Below are positions 13,945 to 27,149 of a stretch of 64,000 nt of DNA, in pieces. The notes beneath the pieces are model-generated. The model saw nothing but the letters and a program-made list of their open reading frames with translations, did no database searches and was not told the origin of the DNA. The stretch is from Octopus vulgaris (taxonomy: Eukaryota). Location: contig OX597817.1 of the NCBI GenBank assembly GCA_951406725.2, positions 74,400,001 through 74,464,000 on the forward strand. Reading direction: 5' to 3'. The translations under genes and the position numbers were made by a program. Each line of letters begins with the position of its first letter. Within the stretch, counting starts at the first letter, position 1.

Positions 13945-16902
13945 TGTGTATTGGTGATGAGTATTTACAGCAGTGTGGCGAACCCACATTCTGGCAGATT
14001 AACGCAATGTCTATATGCTCTGGCTATCAGTGTACAGCAGTAAATGAATGACATTCAAATAGTGAACAAACCCGAAACCGAAAGTACCATCACGGATTTT
14101 GAAGACAGAGATAAAGAAAACTGGTTTACAGAAGACCATCAGTCATGTGCAAACAAGCAAATCACTACACTTCCCACCAACAGAAAGTAAAGAAGGAGAT
14201 AGAAATGATGTTTGAAGATAGCAAAAAGAGGACACTCACTTGCAAACTAATTACCCTCAAGCAGGAGCTAAAAGTTGTCAGTGAGAAACTCTGGCATCAG
14301 AAGAAAATAACCGAGCGAAAAACAATAAACAAAAAATTTAAACGGAACCAGGTAGCAATATACAGACATGAGAGGAACAGTGAACATCACAGAAGCTCCT
14401 GCACGAGAAGACATAGACTCCATCTAGAGGAAAAGAGTGAAGAGAAAGAGTTTAACCAAGATGCTCTGTGGCTGGAAGAAATCCGAAGAAGTTATTGCTC
14501 TTGCGTTACACCCAAGACATAAAGTATTGATGATGATACTCTTGCAACTGTGATCCAGAAACTCCAGGATGGAAAAGCGCCGGAAAGATACTTGATTGTT
14601 GGATATTGGTACAAGAAGCTAACCTTCTATCGATCATATCTTATCAATTTGCACTAGCAAGCTCTCAGTGGGTACAGTAGCTTAACACACTGGTTAGCTC
14701 TGGCAGTGACAAAATTGATCCCCAGATGCAGAACCACCCACATAGCAAAAAACTACTGGCCAATTGTATACCAAAACTTAATGTATAAGATATATACAGC
14801 ATGCTTAAACCTCTTCCTCCAGGACCATTGTGAAACCAATAACATCATCACAGCAGAACAAGAAAGAAGGGAGTCTGGGGATGTGCCGAGCAATTGTTAA
14901 TCAACAAAACTGTGATGTCAGAGGTGCGAGAGCATAGGAGGAACCTAGTTTCAGTGTGGCTAGACTACAAGAAAGCCTTTGACTCTGTTCCCCATTCATG
15001 GATGCTAGAAGCCCTTCAACTTGCTAAAGTTCCAGTGAGCAGAGTCAAAGCCACAGCTGACCTGAGTGACTTCATCATGGGCCACCATCTTGAAATTAAA
15101 CACAGAGAATGATTGTATTATCACTGATAGAATACAGTATCGCAAAGACATATTCCAAGGGGACAGCCCACCTGTGATGTTGTTTATACTTTCTGTAAAT
15201 TCCTTGTTATTCATGTCAAGGAAGTCTGAAGGATAGCTCACTGGTTCACAACAGAAATGCTAATATTACACACTGTTTCTTTGTGGATGATTTGAAACTT
15301 TATGCAAAGAATAGGCATGAGATGAAAAAGAGCCTTGACCTAGTTACAACATTCTCAAAGGATGCAGGGTTGGAGTTTGGTCAGGATAAATGTTGTTAAG
15401 GGAATTTGGTCAGGGTAAATGTTACTGTGCAAAGGAAGAAAACTGTAAACCAGACTAGCAGTATTTCCATCAATAACTTAACTGTTTCCCCTACATCTGA
15501 CGAGGAGTGTTACAGGTATCTAGGGATGGATGAAAACATATCTTACAATGGCGCCTACAACAAAAAACGTGTCATTAAAGAATATTACAACCGAATAAAT
15601 AACATTTGGACCTCAGAACTCTCTGCATTCAATAAAACAGTGGTCCACAATGAGTCTGCAGTGCCAGTGCTCGTACCAACATTTGGGCTGCTTGACTGGA
15701 CGCTTGATGACATCCGAGCCATTGCTGCGAACACACGAAAAATACTAACAAGCACACATAACTTCCACATAAACAATAATGTAAAGCGCCTCCACCTAAA
15801 ACGAAAACAAGGCGGCAGAGGCTTAACATCGATCCAAAATGCCTTTGAATGTCGTATCATATCCCTTCGGCAACATCGTTTAACCACCAAGTGTCGAAGT
15901 GCATCCCTTAACCATCCTAACACTTGGAAGGCAGCTCCTTGAGCAACATTCCTTGTCTGATAAGCTTAAATGCATGCACAAAGACGTTTCACGACTCTAC
16001 CGCAACATATCATCAGATGAAAGGATGAGCCTATATGAGCAGAAGACTAAGCATGGATATGTTAGTAGAAAGCTCCGAGATGATAGTAACATCGATCATC
16101 AAAGCAGTCTATATTGGACCAATAGCTGGATTACAACCTCCCACTTTGAAGGGTAAGCGTTTTGCAATCCAGGAACAGGAAATATCAACGAAATACCTGA
16201 CGCACAAAAGGGTTAGAGATGCAGGAATAGCAGTAAAATGTGACAACTGATGCAGACTTTGTGGAGTTAACACCGTAGATATCACCCACATCATAAGCAG
16301 TTATCTGAAAATGTCATCACGGTATTATCTACCGATAAGACATGATGTAGCTAGGATACTGTATTATGAAATCCGTCGGAAGGATAACCCCGAGGACTAA
16401 GAAGTAAGAACCCACAGTATGGTAGAAGCCATAGACACTCATAATAAAAAGGAGTACTAGTGGAATGTCCCAGTGAAAACCTCAATAAAATGTAAGCACA
16501 ACAGACCTGATATAATGATTTGGGATAGTGAAGAGAAACTGTGTACAGTTGTAGAAATTAGCTGACCAGGAGATGTTAACATAAAGCTGAAGGTCAGTGA
16601 AAAATACCTACGCTGAACTATTGAGAAATCTTCAGTCACTCTATCCAGATTACAAGTTCAGGTTTATACCTGTAATTATTAGGTCACTGGGATATGTAAC
16701 ACACAGCCTAAATATCAGTCTTGAGAAATTAGGCTTCTCAAAATCAGAAAGGAGAAAGCTAATTTGAAGACTTTAGATCCATCACTGGAACTGTAAAAGT
16801 CTGTAAAACTTTCCAGAAGTTTATCATTTAGAAAAATATGAGCATGTCTAGATATGCAACTATATGCATGAGAATGCATAAAACAAAACATATAAATCTG
16901 CA
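13945..16902 (+). mobile_element. Decayed Dong/R4-like non-LTR retrotransposon (RT, CCHC finger, restriction-like endonuclease)
   Basis: WLDYKKAFDSVPHSW, IFQGDS, FVDDLKLY, CRLCG..HII, RHD, CKHNRPDI motifs with many stops and frameshifts; (TACA)n on both sides. Confidence 0.88.
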
Positions 16903-16983
16903 CATATACATACATACATACATACATACATACATACATACATACATACATACATACATACATACATGCATACATACATACAT

Positions 16984-19118
16984 GAAGTTAGAGAAACCCG
17001 AGAATATTACGAAAGATTTAGAAAAATATGGTAATCGGAACTCTCCTTTTACAGTAAAACAATATCACAATGCATTTGCAGTACCAGTGCCCACATTGGG
17101 GTACTTCTCTGGTCCGTAGAGGAAATCCATTACATAAATGTTAAAACCCGCAAGATATACACTTCAACTGATAATTTCCACAGACAGAGGCTTGAGAGTG
17201 GTGCAAACCGCCTTCGAATGTCGTATAGTCTCTTTCAGACAGCACTTACTAAACAACAACAGCAAACACAATAACATTAACTTGGTGCTGATAAGTGATG
17301 CGAATAATAACCCATGGCAGCGAGCTCCGCAGGAAGCACTCTCTTCCTCATGACCTCCCATACAACTCCAAAACAACTGGACCATCGTATCTCAAAGACC
17401 TGCATGTAAAATGCACAGTATACCAAAAACATTATGCATAGGTATGTTTCCCGAAGACTTGAAGAAAGCAGTAATATCGACGTGAAGTGCAGTCTCTTTT
17501 GGACTCGTTTGCAATCCAAGAACAAGAGAAATACCAAATAAACAAATGAAACAGTAAGTCCCTTGGAGCTCCAACATGCAACCGAAAACGTAGATTATGT
17601 CATATTTCTGAAGATGGCATCATACATGGGATAAGCAGCTGCCCCAAAATGTCAAGGTACTACCTCCCTACGGACACAATGTTATCGCAAAAACAGTATA
17701 CGAGGTCTGATCAATAAGTATCCGGGCTGTTGCTATAGTAACGAAGCTAAAGAACGCAGAGTGAATCTGCTTGGCACAGATTGACCTCAAATTCTGCTGT
17801 GCATGCGCACTAAGTTTTAACGTCCTAGCTCACTTCCGCTGTTTACAGCTGTGATTGGAAGGAAGGTGTGTAGCGTGTGATCGTCGCATTGACCATGACC
17901 GTGACAGAAATTGTATGGAGAGGAGTGTATGAGGAATGTACGAGTGGTTCAGACGTTTTCCAAGATGGCCGAAAAATGTCGATATTGACGAACGTTCTGG
18001 GGTCCCGCAATCAGCAGAACTGAGAAAAACATCACAGATGTGCGTGCAGCTGTAAGGGGAAATCGTCGAATCGCCATCCGTGAGTTATCAGAGGATGTGC
18101 AGATTAGTTACGGTTCAGTTCAGTCCATCATAGCTGAAGATTTGGGTAAGGGACGCATGTCTACCAAGTTTGTGCCAAAACTGCTTTCAGCTGACCAAAA
18201 ATACACTTGGGTTTCAGTGGAACAAAATTACCTTAATTGTGTTGAAAACGATGAAAACTTTTTGAATACTTTGCGTAGGCCTCTGAGCAGGTATCGCCAA
18301 GCTTTTGGCAACATTTGATGCAGATTCTCTGCTCAGCTTTCTCTGTCATGGCCAATGCGACGATCACACGCTACACACCTTCCTTCTAAGCACTGCTGTA
18401 AACAGTAGAAGTAAGCTAGAACGCTAAAACTTAGTGCGCATGCACAGCAGAGTTCGAGGTCAATCTGTGCCAAGCGGCTTTATTCTCTGTGCTTTAGCTT
18501 CGTTACTATAACAACAGTCCGGATACTTATTGATCAGACCACGTACAATGCAATTCAGAAAAAAGACTGTCCTGGAATAAATATAGAGAATAACCCTCTT
18601 ATTGAATACATACACAAATATCAACACAAGGAATACTGGTGGAACATTCCCATCAAAACATGTCAAATGTAAACATAACAGTCCGGATATTGTTGTTTGA
18701 AACAGACAAGAAAAAGTATGTACCGTCACAGCGGTCAACTGCCCTGCTGATGTGAATATCTCTGAAAATGGAAGAGAAAGAGGATAACTATGGATAACGT
18801 CTTCGAAACTTCCAGCTTCTATATCCAAATTGTAAATTCACATTTATACCAATAATAATTGGTGCACTTGGTTTCGTGAATAAATGTCAAAAGGACAATC
18901 TGGATAAGCTAGCGTTTTCAGAAAATGAAATCAACCGACTAACTTGCACTCTACAAATATAACCTGTAAATGAAACAGTAAAAATTTGAAAGACTTTTCT
19001 CAAATTCAAAATGTGACATTGTTTTTATCTACATTCCAGCGATGGAGCTTTGTATCTTTATCAGAAACCAGCTCCTACCTCAAAGGAAGAATTTGAATAA
19101 TTAAAATCAGAAAAGATC
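16984..19118 (+). mobile_element. Second, more decayed Dong/R4-like 3' fragment, interrupted by a mariner derivative
   Basis: HNAFAVPV, RGLRVVQTAFECRIVS, CKHNSPDIVV fragments parallel the element upstream; ends in (CATA)n. Confidence 0.75.
17701..18543. mobile_element. Mariner derivative made of two inverted left ends, TA TSD
   Basis: TA|CGAGGTCTGATCAATAAGTATCCGG ... CCGGATACTTATTGATCAGACCACG|TA; HTH-region peptide RRIAIRELSEDVQISYGSVQSII...KFVPKLL. Confidence 0.85.
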
Positions 19119-19206
19119 ATACATACATACATACATACATACATACATACATACATACATACATACATACATACATACATACATACATACATACATACAT
19201 ACATAC

Positions 19207-19512
19207 AAATACCTACGCTGAACTATTGAGAAATCTTCAGTCACTCTATCCAGATTACAAGTTCAGGTTTATACCTGTAATTATTGGGTTCCAGGGATAT
19301 GTAACACACTGCCTAAATACCAGTCTTGAAAAATTAGGCTTCTGAAAATCAGAAAGGAGAAAACTAATTCGAAGACTACAGATCCAATCCATCACTGGAA
19401 CTGTAAAAGTCTGTGAAACTTTCCAGAAGTTTATCAATTAAATATATGTGAGTACGTCTAGATATGCAACTATATGCATCAGAATACATTAAACAATGCA
19501 TACAAATCTGCA
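19207..19512 (+). mobile_element. 5'-truncated 3' end of the same Dong/R4-like family as 13945-16902
   Basis: Closely matches 16602-16902; flanked by (CATA)n. Confidence 0.85.
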
Positions 19513-19604
19513 CACATACATACATACATACATACATACATACATACATACATACATACATACATACATTCATACATACATACATACATACATACATACA
19601 TACA

Positions 19605-20280
19605 TTATTATGGCTGCCCCTTCGTTATCGAGTATGGCCATTGCACGAAGATTAACTGTTACTGGTACTGTGATCGAATGTGACTTTTTAGCCCAGCCAA
19701 AGATCTACAATGTCTTGTGCAGAATTGGCAACTAAAACCTTTACCGGTAATAGCCGGCTGTAGTTGTAAATGGGCTTCATGTACCTTTGCATGTCGTTTA
19801 AGTCCTCCTGCCGAATTACACTCTCTTCCACGTGCCTGACAGATATGATTAGTATGGTGTGTAACATCACCACCAGTGGCCAGGTTGTCACTCATCTGTT
19901 TCGCTTTATGACTACGAACATGACTTTTGAGTCCAGCTTTACTGAGGCAGGGTCTTGCACAGACACTGCATGTCAGCATCATAGGAAGACCCTTCCCATC
20001 AGGAAGTGTAACATCGATGCCCTTCCTGACATCCCTCCTTACTTTCTCATGTGCAACTCGAGATTTCTCAAAAGTGGCTGTCCCCTCGTGCACAATCCTT
20101 CTCCACCTGCTACGATCAATAGCTATGCCTTCCCATGTGTCTGGAGAGATGCAAGCATCTCTTAAGGAAGCCTTCAGCAAATCCTTATACCTCATTTTTG
20201 GTTTATGTGTAGGTCGTTCTCCTTTAGCTAACTCTCCATAAAAGAGTTGTTTTGGCATCCTTGAATCATTCATCCTGACC
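19605..20280 (-). mobile_element. RTE-clade LINE 3' end with three C2H2-type fingers
   Basis: RMNDSRMPKQLFYGEL..G.RP..KPKMRYKD and WE..AIDRSRWR (RTE C-terminus), then CxxC..HxxxH motifs; short taa tail. Confidence 0.85.
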
Positions 20281-23200
20281 ATACATACATACATACATGC
20301 ATGCATGCGTACGTACGTACATACATACATACATACATACATACATACATACATACATACATACATACATACATACATACATACATACATGCGCTCGCAT
20401 GAGCGTATATACATGGAAAGATGAGAAACGCCAAAGACATTCTTGAGTTATAGATTTATGCGTTGCCTTTCTTCACACCACCACTTCTTCCTTCTGTACT
20501 TATAGTGAAATTCACTCCGTTGCAAATATTCGTGGCAGCTCTCCCACAGAAGAATCGCTTATTTCTTTTCTCCTGTTATCAACAGAGGCCCTTGAAGGGG
20601 ATCATGACCGTTCCCCTTCTTCCTTTAACTAAGCCATTATTTTTTTTTTTTAATAGCAAATTATTAAACAATCAGAGCCAAAGAATGGATAAACAAAAGA
20701 CGTAATGAGATTAGTGGCAAACCAAAAATAAATCAGTAAAGGGCATGAAATGAACAGCCCTGAACTGAAGACCATGGACCGCTCTGATAACTTAAGAGTA
20801 GATAGGTTCTGTTATCTGGATGACACATATTTAAAAGAGTGTTAAAGAGTTACCCTCTATTATTCTCTGTATTATCTTTTGTCGTTGTTATTGTTGTTTA
20901 TTATGAACAAAAGCAGTTTTGTTACTTTGGGAATCTCAAATGCTTTTGGAATATTAGAGTAAAATACACAAAAATATTAAAACGTGTTTTCTTTTAAATT
21001 TTGGAACAAGTCCAGTAAGTTTTAAGAGGATTATATTGACTCCAGTACTTCACAAGTACTTATTTTATCGATTCAGAAAGGAGAGGCCAATACCTGTGAG
21101 ACTTGGACTCACAACGGCAAAAACCAGAAGACATGCCTTTTTTTTTTTTTTCTTGGCTTCGTTTTCCCCGGCGCTGTAACTATTTTATCAACTAGCTGAC
21201 TTATTAGAGCAGAAATATGTTGATTTCAAATTTTGGTACAAGACCAGTAATTTGGGGAAAGAGAGGAAGTCGATTACATCGACTACAGTCCTCAACTGGT
21301 ACTTATTTTATCGACCTCCGAAAGAATAAAAGGCAAAGTCGACCACGGTAGAATTTGAACTCAGAACGTAAATACGAACTAATGCCGTTAAGCACTTTGC
21401 TCGGTGTGCTAACGATTCTGCCAGCTCGCTGTCTATAGCACTGGTTTCGAATTTTGGCACAAGGCCAGCAAGTTCGAGGAAGTGGTTAAGTCGATTACAT
21501 CAACTCCAGTGCTCAACAAGTGCTTATTTTACCGACCCCCGAAGGATAGAAGGCAGAGTCGACATCGGCGGAATTTGAACTCAAAACATAAAGACGGACG
21601 AAATTCCGCTAAGCATTTTGCCCGGCGTGCTTATGATTCTGCCAGCTGGCCACCTTAAAGTAGAGATATAATTTGATTTAAAACGAAAAATGTTAAATTA
21701 TTGAATTATGGGAAGCAACAAATAACAGACAAAAGCAGAAAATAACCTTTAAGCTTTGCCTGCATGTACTATCAGTAGCAAAAAAAGAATTAATAATAAA
21801 TTAACATTGCTGTTCGATCTGCTTTAAATTGCAGCTAAAGGCAATTATAATAATGGATCATTGATAATGCAGTTCTAGATACTATATGCTGTGGGATGGT
21901 GACAGCTGGATGCTTTTGATAAGGATTGGCCAGAGGTTAAGCAAAAACTACAACAATAACAAGGTTAGTGGTTAAGTATAAGTTGTTAAATGGTATCAAC
22001 TGGTTGTCTTAGATCGCTATCTCGGTATTTCTTGTGTTGCCCCTATGCATTCATTGTATTCCAAGTTAGTTCAATTCTTGATATTAACCAACCACACCAT
22101 TCTTCATTTTCTTCTTGTTTTCTAGTGCTGTCCTTATAAATTCACTGTAATTTATTTCTATCCAATTCTTGACATTAAAGTGACGAGCTGACAGGATCGT
22201 TAGCACGCCGGGCAAAATGCCTACGTCCTGGGGTCAAAATCCGCTGAGGTCGAGTATGAACTTCGTATTTTCTGAGTCAATAAAATAAGTACCAGTTGAG
22301 CACTGGGTTCGATTTAATCGATTTATCTCCTCCCCTGAAATTGCTGGTCTTCTGCCAAAATTTGAAACAAATATTTTATTTTCTGTTTTTGAAGGTATCT
22401 AATAGAGTCTTCTAAGTTTATGCCATTTTAAGAACTTTCTTTTTTCTATTTGTAAATCAGTAGAGGCAGGGCAGCATTATGACCCTTTTCAGGGATCCCT
22501 GAGACAGGTAGGATGACGAGAGAACGGGAAGAAATCATTCTCAGACCAGAGACATGGTACAAATGTTTCAGATAAGGTTGAATCTGCCAAAAGACCCCAA
22601 GGACCAGGTATTGATGTTAAACTAAGTAATTGTTTAAGTCCACACAGTAACGGTTCTTCTGACGAGCTTACCCAATGTTTCCGTCTACCAAATTAAATGT
22701 TTCCTCTATAGAGGTGGTCGTCATATCATCATTAGCAATACATGCCCAATAGAAGGAAGATAGGTTGGTAGGTTGTGTACTAAAGTGAGAAAGACCGCGC
22801 TAATAATGGTTTCAAATTTTGGCTCAAATAAGGGGACAGTCGATTACATCAACTCAAGTATATGATTGATACGTTATTTTATCGACCCTGAAAGGATGAA
22901 AAGAAAAATCAATCCCGGCAGAATTTGAACTCAAAACGTAGAAAGCCCGAAGAAATACCACCAAGCACATTGTCCGATGCTCTAACGATTACACTAGCTT
23001 GCTGCCTAATAATGTACGTTTCATCAGCCTTTTGGGATCGATAGAATAAGTATCATTGAGCACTGGGGTCAATGTAATCGACTTAGCCCTTCCCCTAAAT
23101 CAGTTGGCCTTGTGCCAATATTTGAAACCAATAATAATGTACGTTTCTATGTTGTTATTATTTCGAAAATTCGAACACTTGCACTTAAATATGAGCAATG

Positions 23201-23554
23201 AACTAATTGAACTGAAAAAACATACGCTATTGTGCAAGTGATAACTTTAAAAGTTTTCAGTGCGTTAAGTGGAAATACTTCAGTTATCTGTTTGATAAGT
23301 GTTCATAGTTATTATAGACAAAACAAGTAGAAAAAGTGAGAATACTTCCATGGAATTGAGTGACAGAGTTCTGTGCGGCACCTAAGATAGTTAAATATTC
23401 AAAATTCTATAACTTTTGGCAAAGCTTCATGAACCTTTGGCAAAACAATTTGGCGAAAATTACTTTCTTCCAAGTATTCTAATTCATTGGTTACATACCA
23501 GCCGATACATACATACATACATACATACATACATACATACATACATACATACAT

Positions 23555-23647
<93 letters not shown>

Positions 23648-23701
23648 GCGTGTAAACTTAACTAAGGTTATTTTGCTAGATTACTAAAGTTATTGGGTGA
23701 A

Positions 23702-24125
23702 AACGGTGAGCTGGCAGAAACGTTAGCACGCCGGGCAAAATGCTTAGCAGTATTTCGTCTGCCTTTACGTTCTGAGTTCAGATTCCGCCGAGGTCGACTT
23801 TGCCTTTCATCCTTTCGGGGTTGATTAAATAAATACCAGTTACGCACTGGGGTCGATATAATCGACTTAATCCGTTTGTCTGTCCTTGTTTGTCCTCTCT
23901 GTGTTTAGCCCCTTGTGGGTAGTAAAGAAAAAGGTATTTCGTCTGCCGTTACGTTCTGAGTTCAAATTCCGCCGAGGTCGACTTTGCCTTTCATCTTTTC
24001 GGGGTCGATAAATTAAGTACCATTTAGGCACTGGGTCGATGTAATCGACTTAATCCGTTTGTCTGTCCTTGTTTGTCCTCTCTGTGTTTAGCCCCTTGTG
24101 AGCAGTAAAGAAATAAGAAATAAGA
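23702..24125 (+). mobile_element. tRNA-derived SINE family B (Nin/Deu-like domain) with partial tandem duplication; other copies at ~3385-3592, 12565-12785, 21220-21657, 22178-22370, 42104-42320, 51015-51225, 62840-63020
   Basis: Head gagctggcagaaacgttagc...gagttcaaattcc; central gcctttcatcctttcggggt(c/t)gat..taagtacca domain; body repeated from 23933. Confidence 0.85.
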
Positions 24126-24789
24126 AAAGAATGTGATGGGGAGATTTGGAAACTTGATATGGCTATAAAAACTACTATACGGGGACACGCGAATGAATTT
24201 TATTTGGTGTACGAGTGTGAGAGTAGTGGATTGATAGAACGGTGGACAAAATGCTTGCAGTATTTCTTTCGGTTCTTTCCTTCCTGATTTCAAGTTTCGC
24301 CTCGGTCAACTTTATCTTTCAACCTTTCAGAAACGATAAAATAAAGTATCAGTCAAGTACTGGAGTGGATAGAACCGATTGAACTCCTCTCCTTAAAATT
24401 GTTGGCCTTGTACCTTAATCAGGAACCATCACATGTACAAGTGTGAGAGCTGTGGGCTTCAGAATTGGTAGAGCGCTGGACAAAATGTTGCGGTATTTAG
24501 TTACGATTCTGTACTTTTGAGTTCGAATCACTGTTTGTTCTTACAACGATCGATAAGATAAACACCAATCAAATACCTGTGCAAGTACATGGCTTATCAA
24601 TCGACAGTTTTAGCTTTCTCCACCAAAATGTTTAAGTGGATATTGTACCTAACTTTACAAAGTATCACACATATGCGTGTGCATGAACGAGTTTATAGAT
24701 TTCTAATCATCAGTTAAATTAATAAATGAATACGTGTATTGTATACAAACCAAGAGGAAATCTGAGTTTTATCTCTTAAACTGTGACAC

Positions 24790-25108
24790 AACATCATGAC
24801 GTAATGTAAGGAAGGACATTTAGAAGTGGGGGTAAAAAAAAATTAGCAGTCGACAATTTATTTACATTTGCTCATTCTAATGTAGGTCTGGGCGGAGATT
24901 GTCTCCAGGCAAAACATAGGCATCGCACAAAACAAAAATTCTTATTATAGTAGTACTTAAACAATAATAAGTAACAGTATTTGTAGACACAATACTATTA
25001 TAAATATCATTATTATTATTATTATTTCTTTTATTTTCTAACCACCCGATCGCACCAGGACGCAAAAGAAAGTGTAAACAAAGTAAGAAGACAGAACAAG
25101 AAGTCAAC
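24790..25108 (+). promoter_or_regulatory. Putative AGMO proximal promoter / 5' UTR
   Basis: Directly upstream of the ATG; CRE-like TGACGTAA at 24797 and GC box GGGCGG at 24890. Positional inference only. Confidence 0.3.
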
Positions 25109-25234
25109 ATGGAGAGTTTACAGTCGGCTTGGTTCAGTCCAACTGGGAGTAAATTGAGGCGTATGTTTTATTTGGTGACTCCCAACGAAACTTCTTTTCA
25201 GTATCCTGAAGACGTCCCGGAATATGAAAAAGAG
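25109..25234 (+). CDS. AGMO: Alkylglycerol monooxygenase, coding exon 1 (MESLQSAWFSPTGSKLRRMFYLVTPNETSFQYPEDVPEYEKE)
   Basis: ATG at 25109; peptide resembles the recalled AGMO N-terminus (FRMLFYTMKPSETSFQTLEEVPDYVKK); donor GAG|gtaact at 25235; 126 nt, phase 0. Confidence 0.92.
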
Positions 25235-25243
25235 GTAACTAAT

Positions 25244-25290
<47 letters not shown>

Positions 25291-25454
25291 GTGGGGTCAA
25301 CCACGTCCTCCGCTTCATTTTTTGTTATTCACTCATTATCATTTAATTGTATATATTTTAATTGTTTGTTTATTCATATGTTTCGTCTCATTCGATACCC
25401 TGACCCCAACGTTTGTTTTGTCCCCTCTTTTTCTCAACCTTATGGTGAATAAAG

Positions 25455-25528
<74 letters not shown>

Positions 25529-26128
25529 GTTCATTTGTTCCTTCTTGTTCTCTATCCTGTCTTGATCCATCTCGGATCATGTATTATTCCACTGCTTAAA
25601 TGCTGTGGCCAACATAAACAGTAACCACATCAAAAACACGTTTATGTTCCCATTATTTATACGTAATTATTTTCAACATGGCTCTTTGTTCAGTAAGTCC
25701 GAAGTTCAGGTTACGAAAACAAATTTAAAAAATTTCAAAGACGATTCAATAATGTTTTTTTAAGACAAAAAAAAAAGGGTGAGGAAAATGGCTTCAGATT
25801 CATTCCCACTGTATGTTACATTGAGCAAGGCCGTGAGAGTGAATGTTGGAGACAGAAACTGTGTGGAAGCTGATCACATACATACATACATACAATTTAA
25901 TAAGTTTGGTTCAGGGACCATGAATGATATCTAAAGTTTCTTAGGCTCATCAAACGAAACCAACTCGTCAGGTGTGTGCGTGTATGTGTATGTGTGTGTG
26001 TATTTCTTAGATGCACATCGCTTGCTTAAAAACCGGTGCTGGTTTGTTTGCGCTCCCGTAATTTAGTGGTCTAGCAACAGAAAGCGATACAATAAGTACC
26101 AGACTTCAAACAAAAAGGAAAGAAAGAG

Positions 26129-26187
<59 letters not shown>

Positions 26188-27067
26188 ACATGTACTTAAG
26201 TCAATAGGGTGCACCAGCATGATCGCAGTCTGACTGAAGCAAGTAAAAAAAATAAGAGATAAAGAATTCCTACATTCACACACACACACACACGCACATA
26301 CACAAATACACACAGAGTGTAAGTGGATACTTTTTGAATTTTGTACGGATAAGTTGAAAGCACCTCTTCTTTCCGTTAACATATATTTCTTGATTATTGC
26401 TCACAAATCTGAGTTACTTCCAGTGGATCTTCGGTTCTTTGGATTAAACCTAAATTAAAATGCTGCAAGTTACATTAGATTTAATTAGGAATTTTTCATT
26501 AAACAAGAATTGCCAAAAATATAAGTTCAAAACCAATAAATTGTTATTAATCTCCTAAAGAAACCTAGTTATCTAAATAGTCCCGCCCAAATAATATCTT
26601 AAAACGTTTTTAAATAACTATCAGATTTATCATTTTTATGTTAATCCATAAATCTGTTAAGGGTTTGATAATTATAAAAGACACAAATGCATACGTAAAT
26701 GTAATTCTCAGCTGTTTAGAATTGGTGTCAAAAACTAAGGACAACCGCATTTTTAAAAACTTTTTTTGGTTTCTGTTTTATTCTCTCTCTCATTCTTTTG
26801 AAAATGAAAATAACAGCAACATGCATACATAGTATCATCGTCGTCGTCGTTGCCATCGTCATTGACATTATTGTTTTAATGCCCAATTGTCCATGCTTGC
26901 ATGGGGGTCACTTGGAATTTATTAGGCCAGATTTTCTGTGGCTAGATAAGTTCTTCACAAACGATTGGAAACGTTTATTTATGCATGATAGCGAAACTCA
27001 TTTACATCTATCACATGATGTTGAGACAAGGAGTCACACACACACACAAATACACAAATATATGCAA

Positions 27068-27116
<49 letters not shown>

Positions 27117-27149
27117 TGTGTGTGTGCTTGTGTGTGTATACTTACTTAA

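Noticed and set aside
25206-25240. CTGAAGA...GAAA hammerhead-like core in exon 1
   Set aside because: No pairing stems; explained by codons for PEDVPEYEK
25235-25624. Remainder of the 171-aa ORF starting at 25109
   Set aside because: Read-through past the exon 1 donor into (CT)n intron sequence
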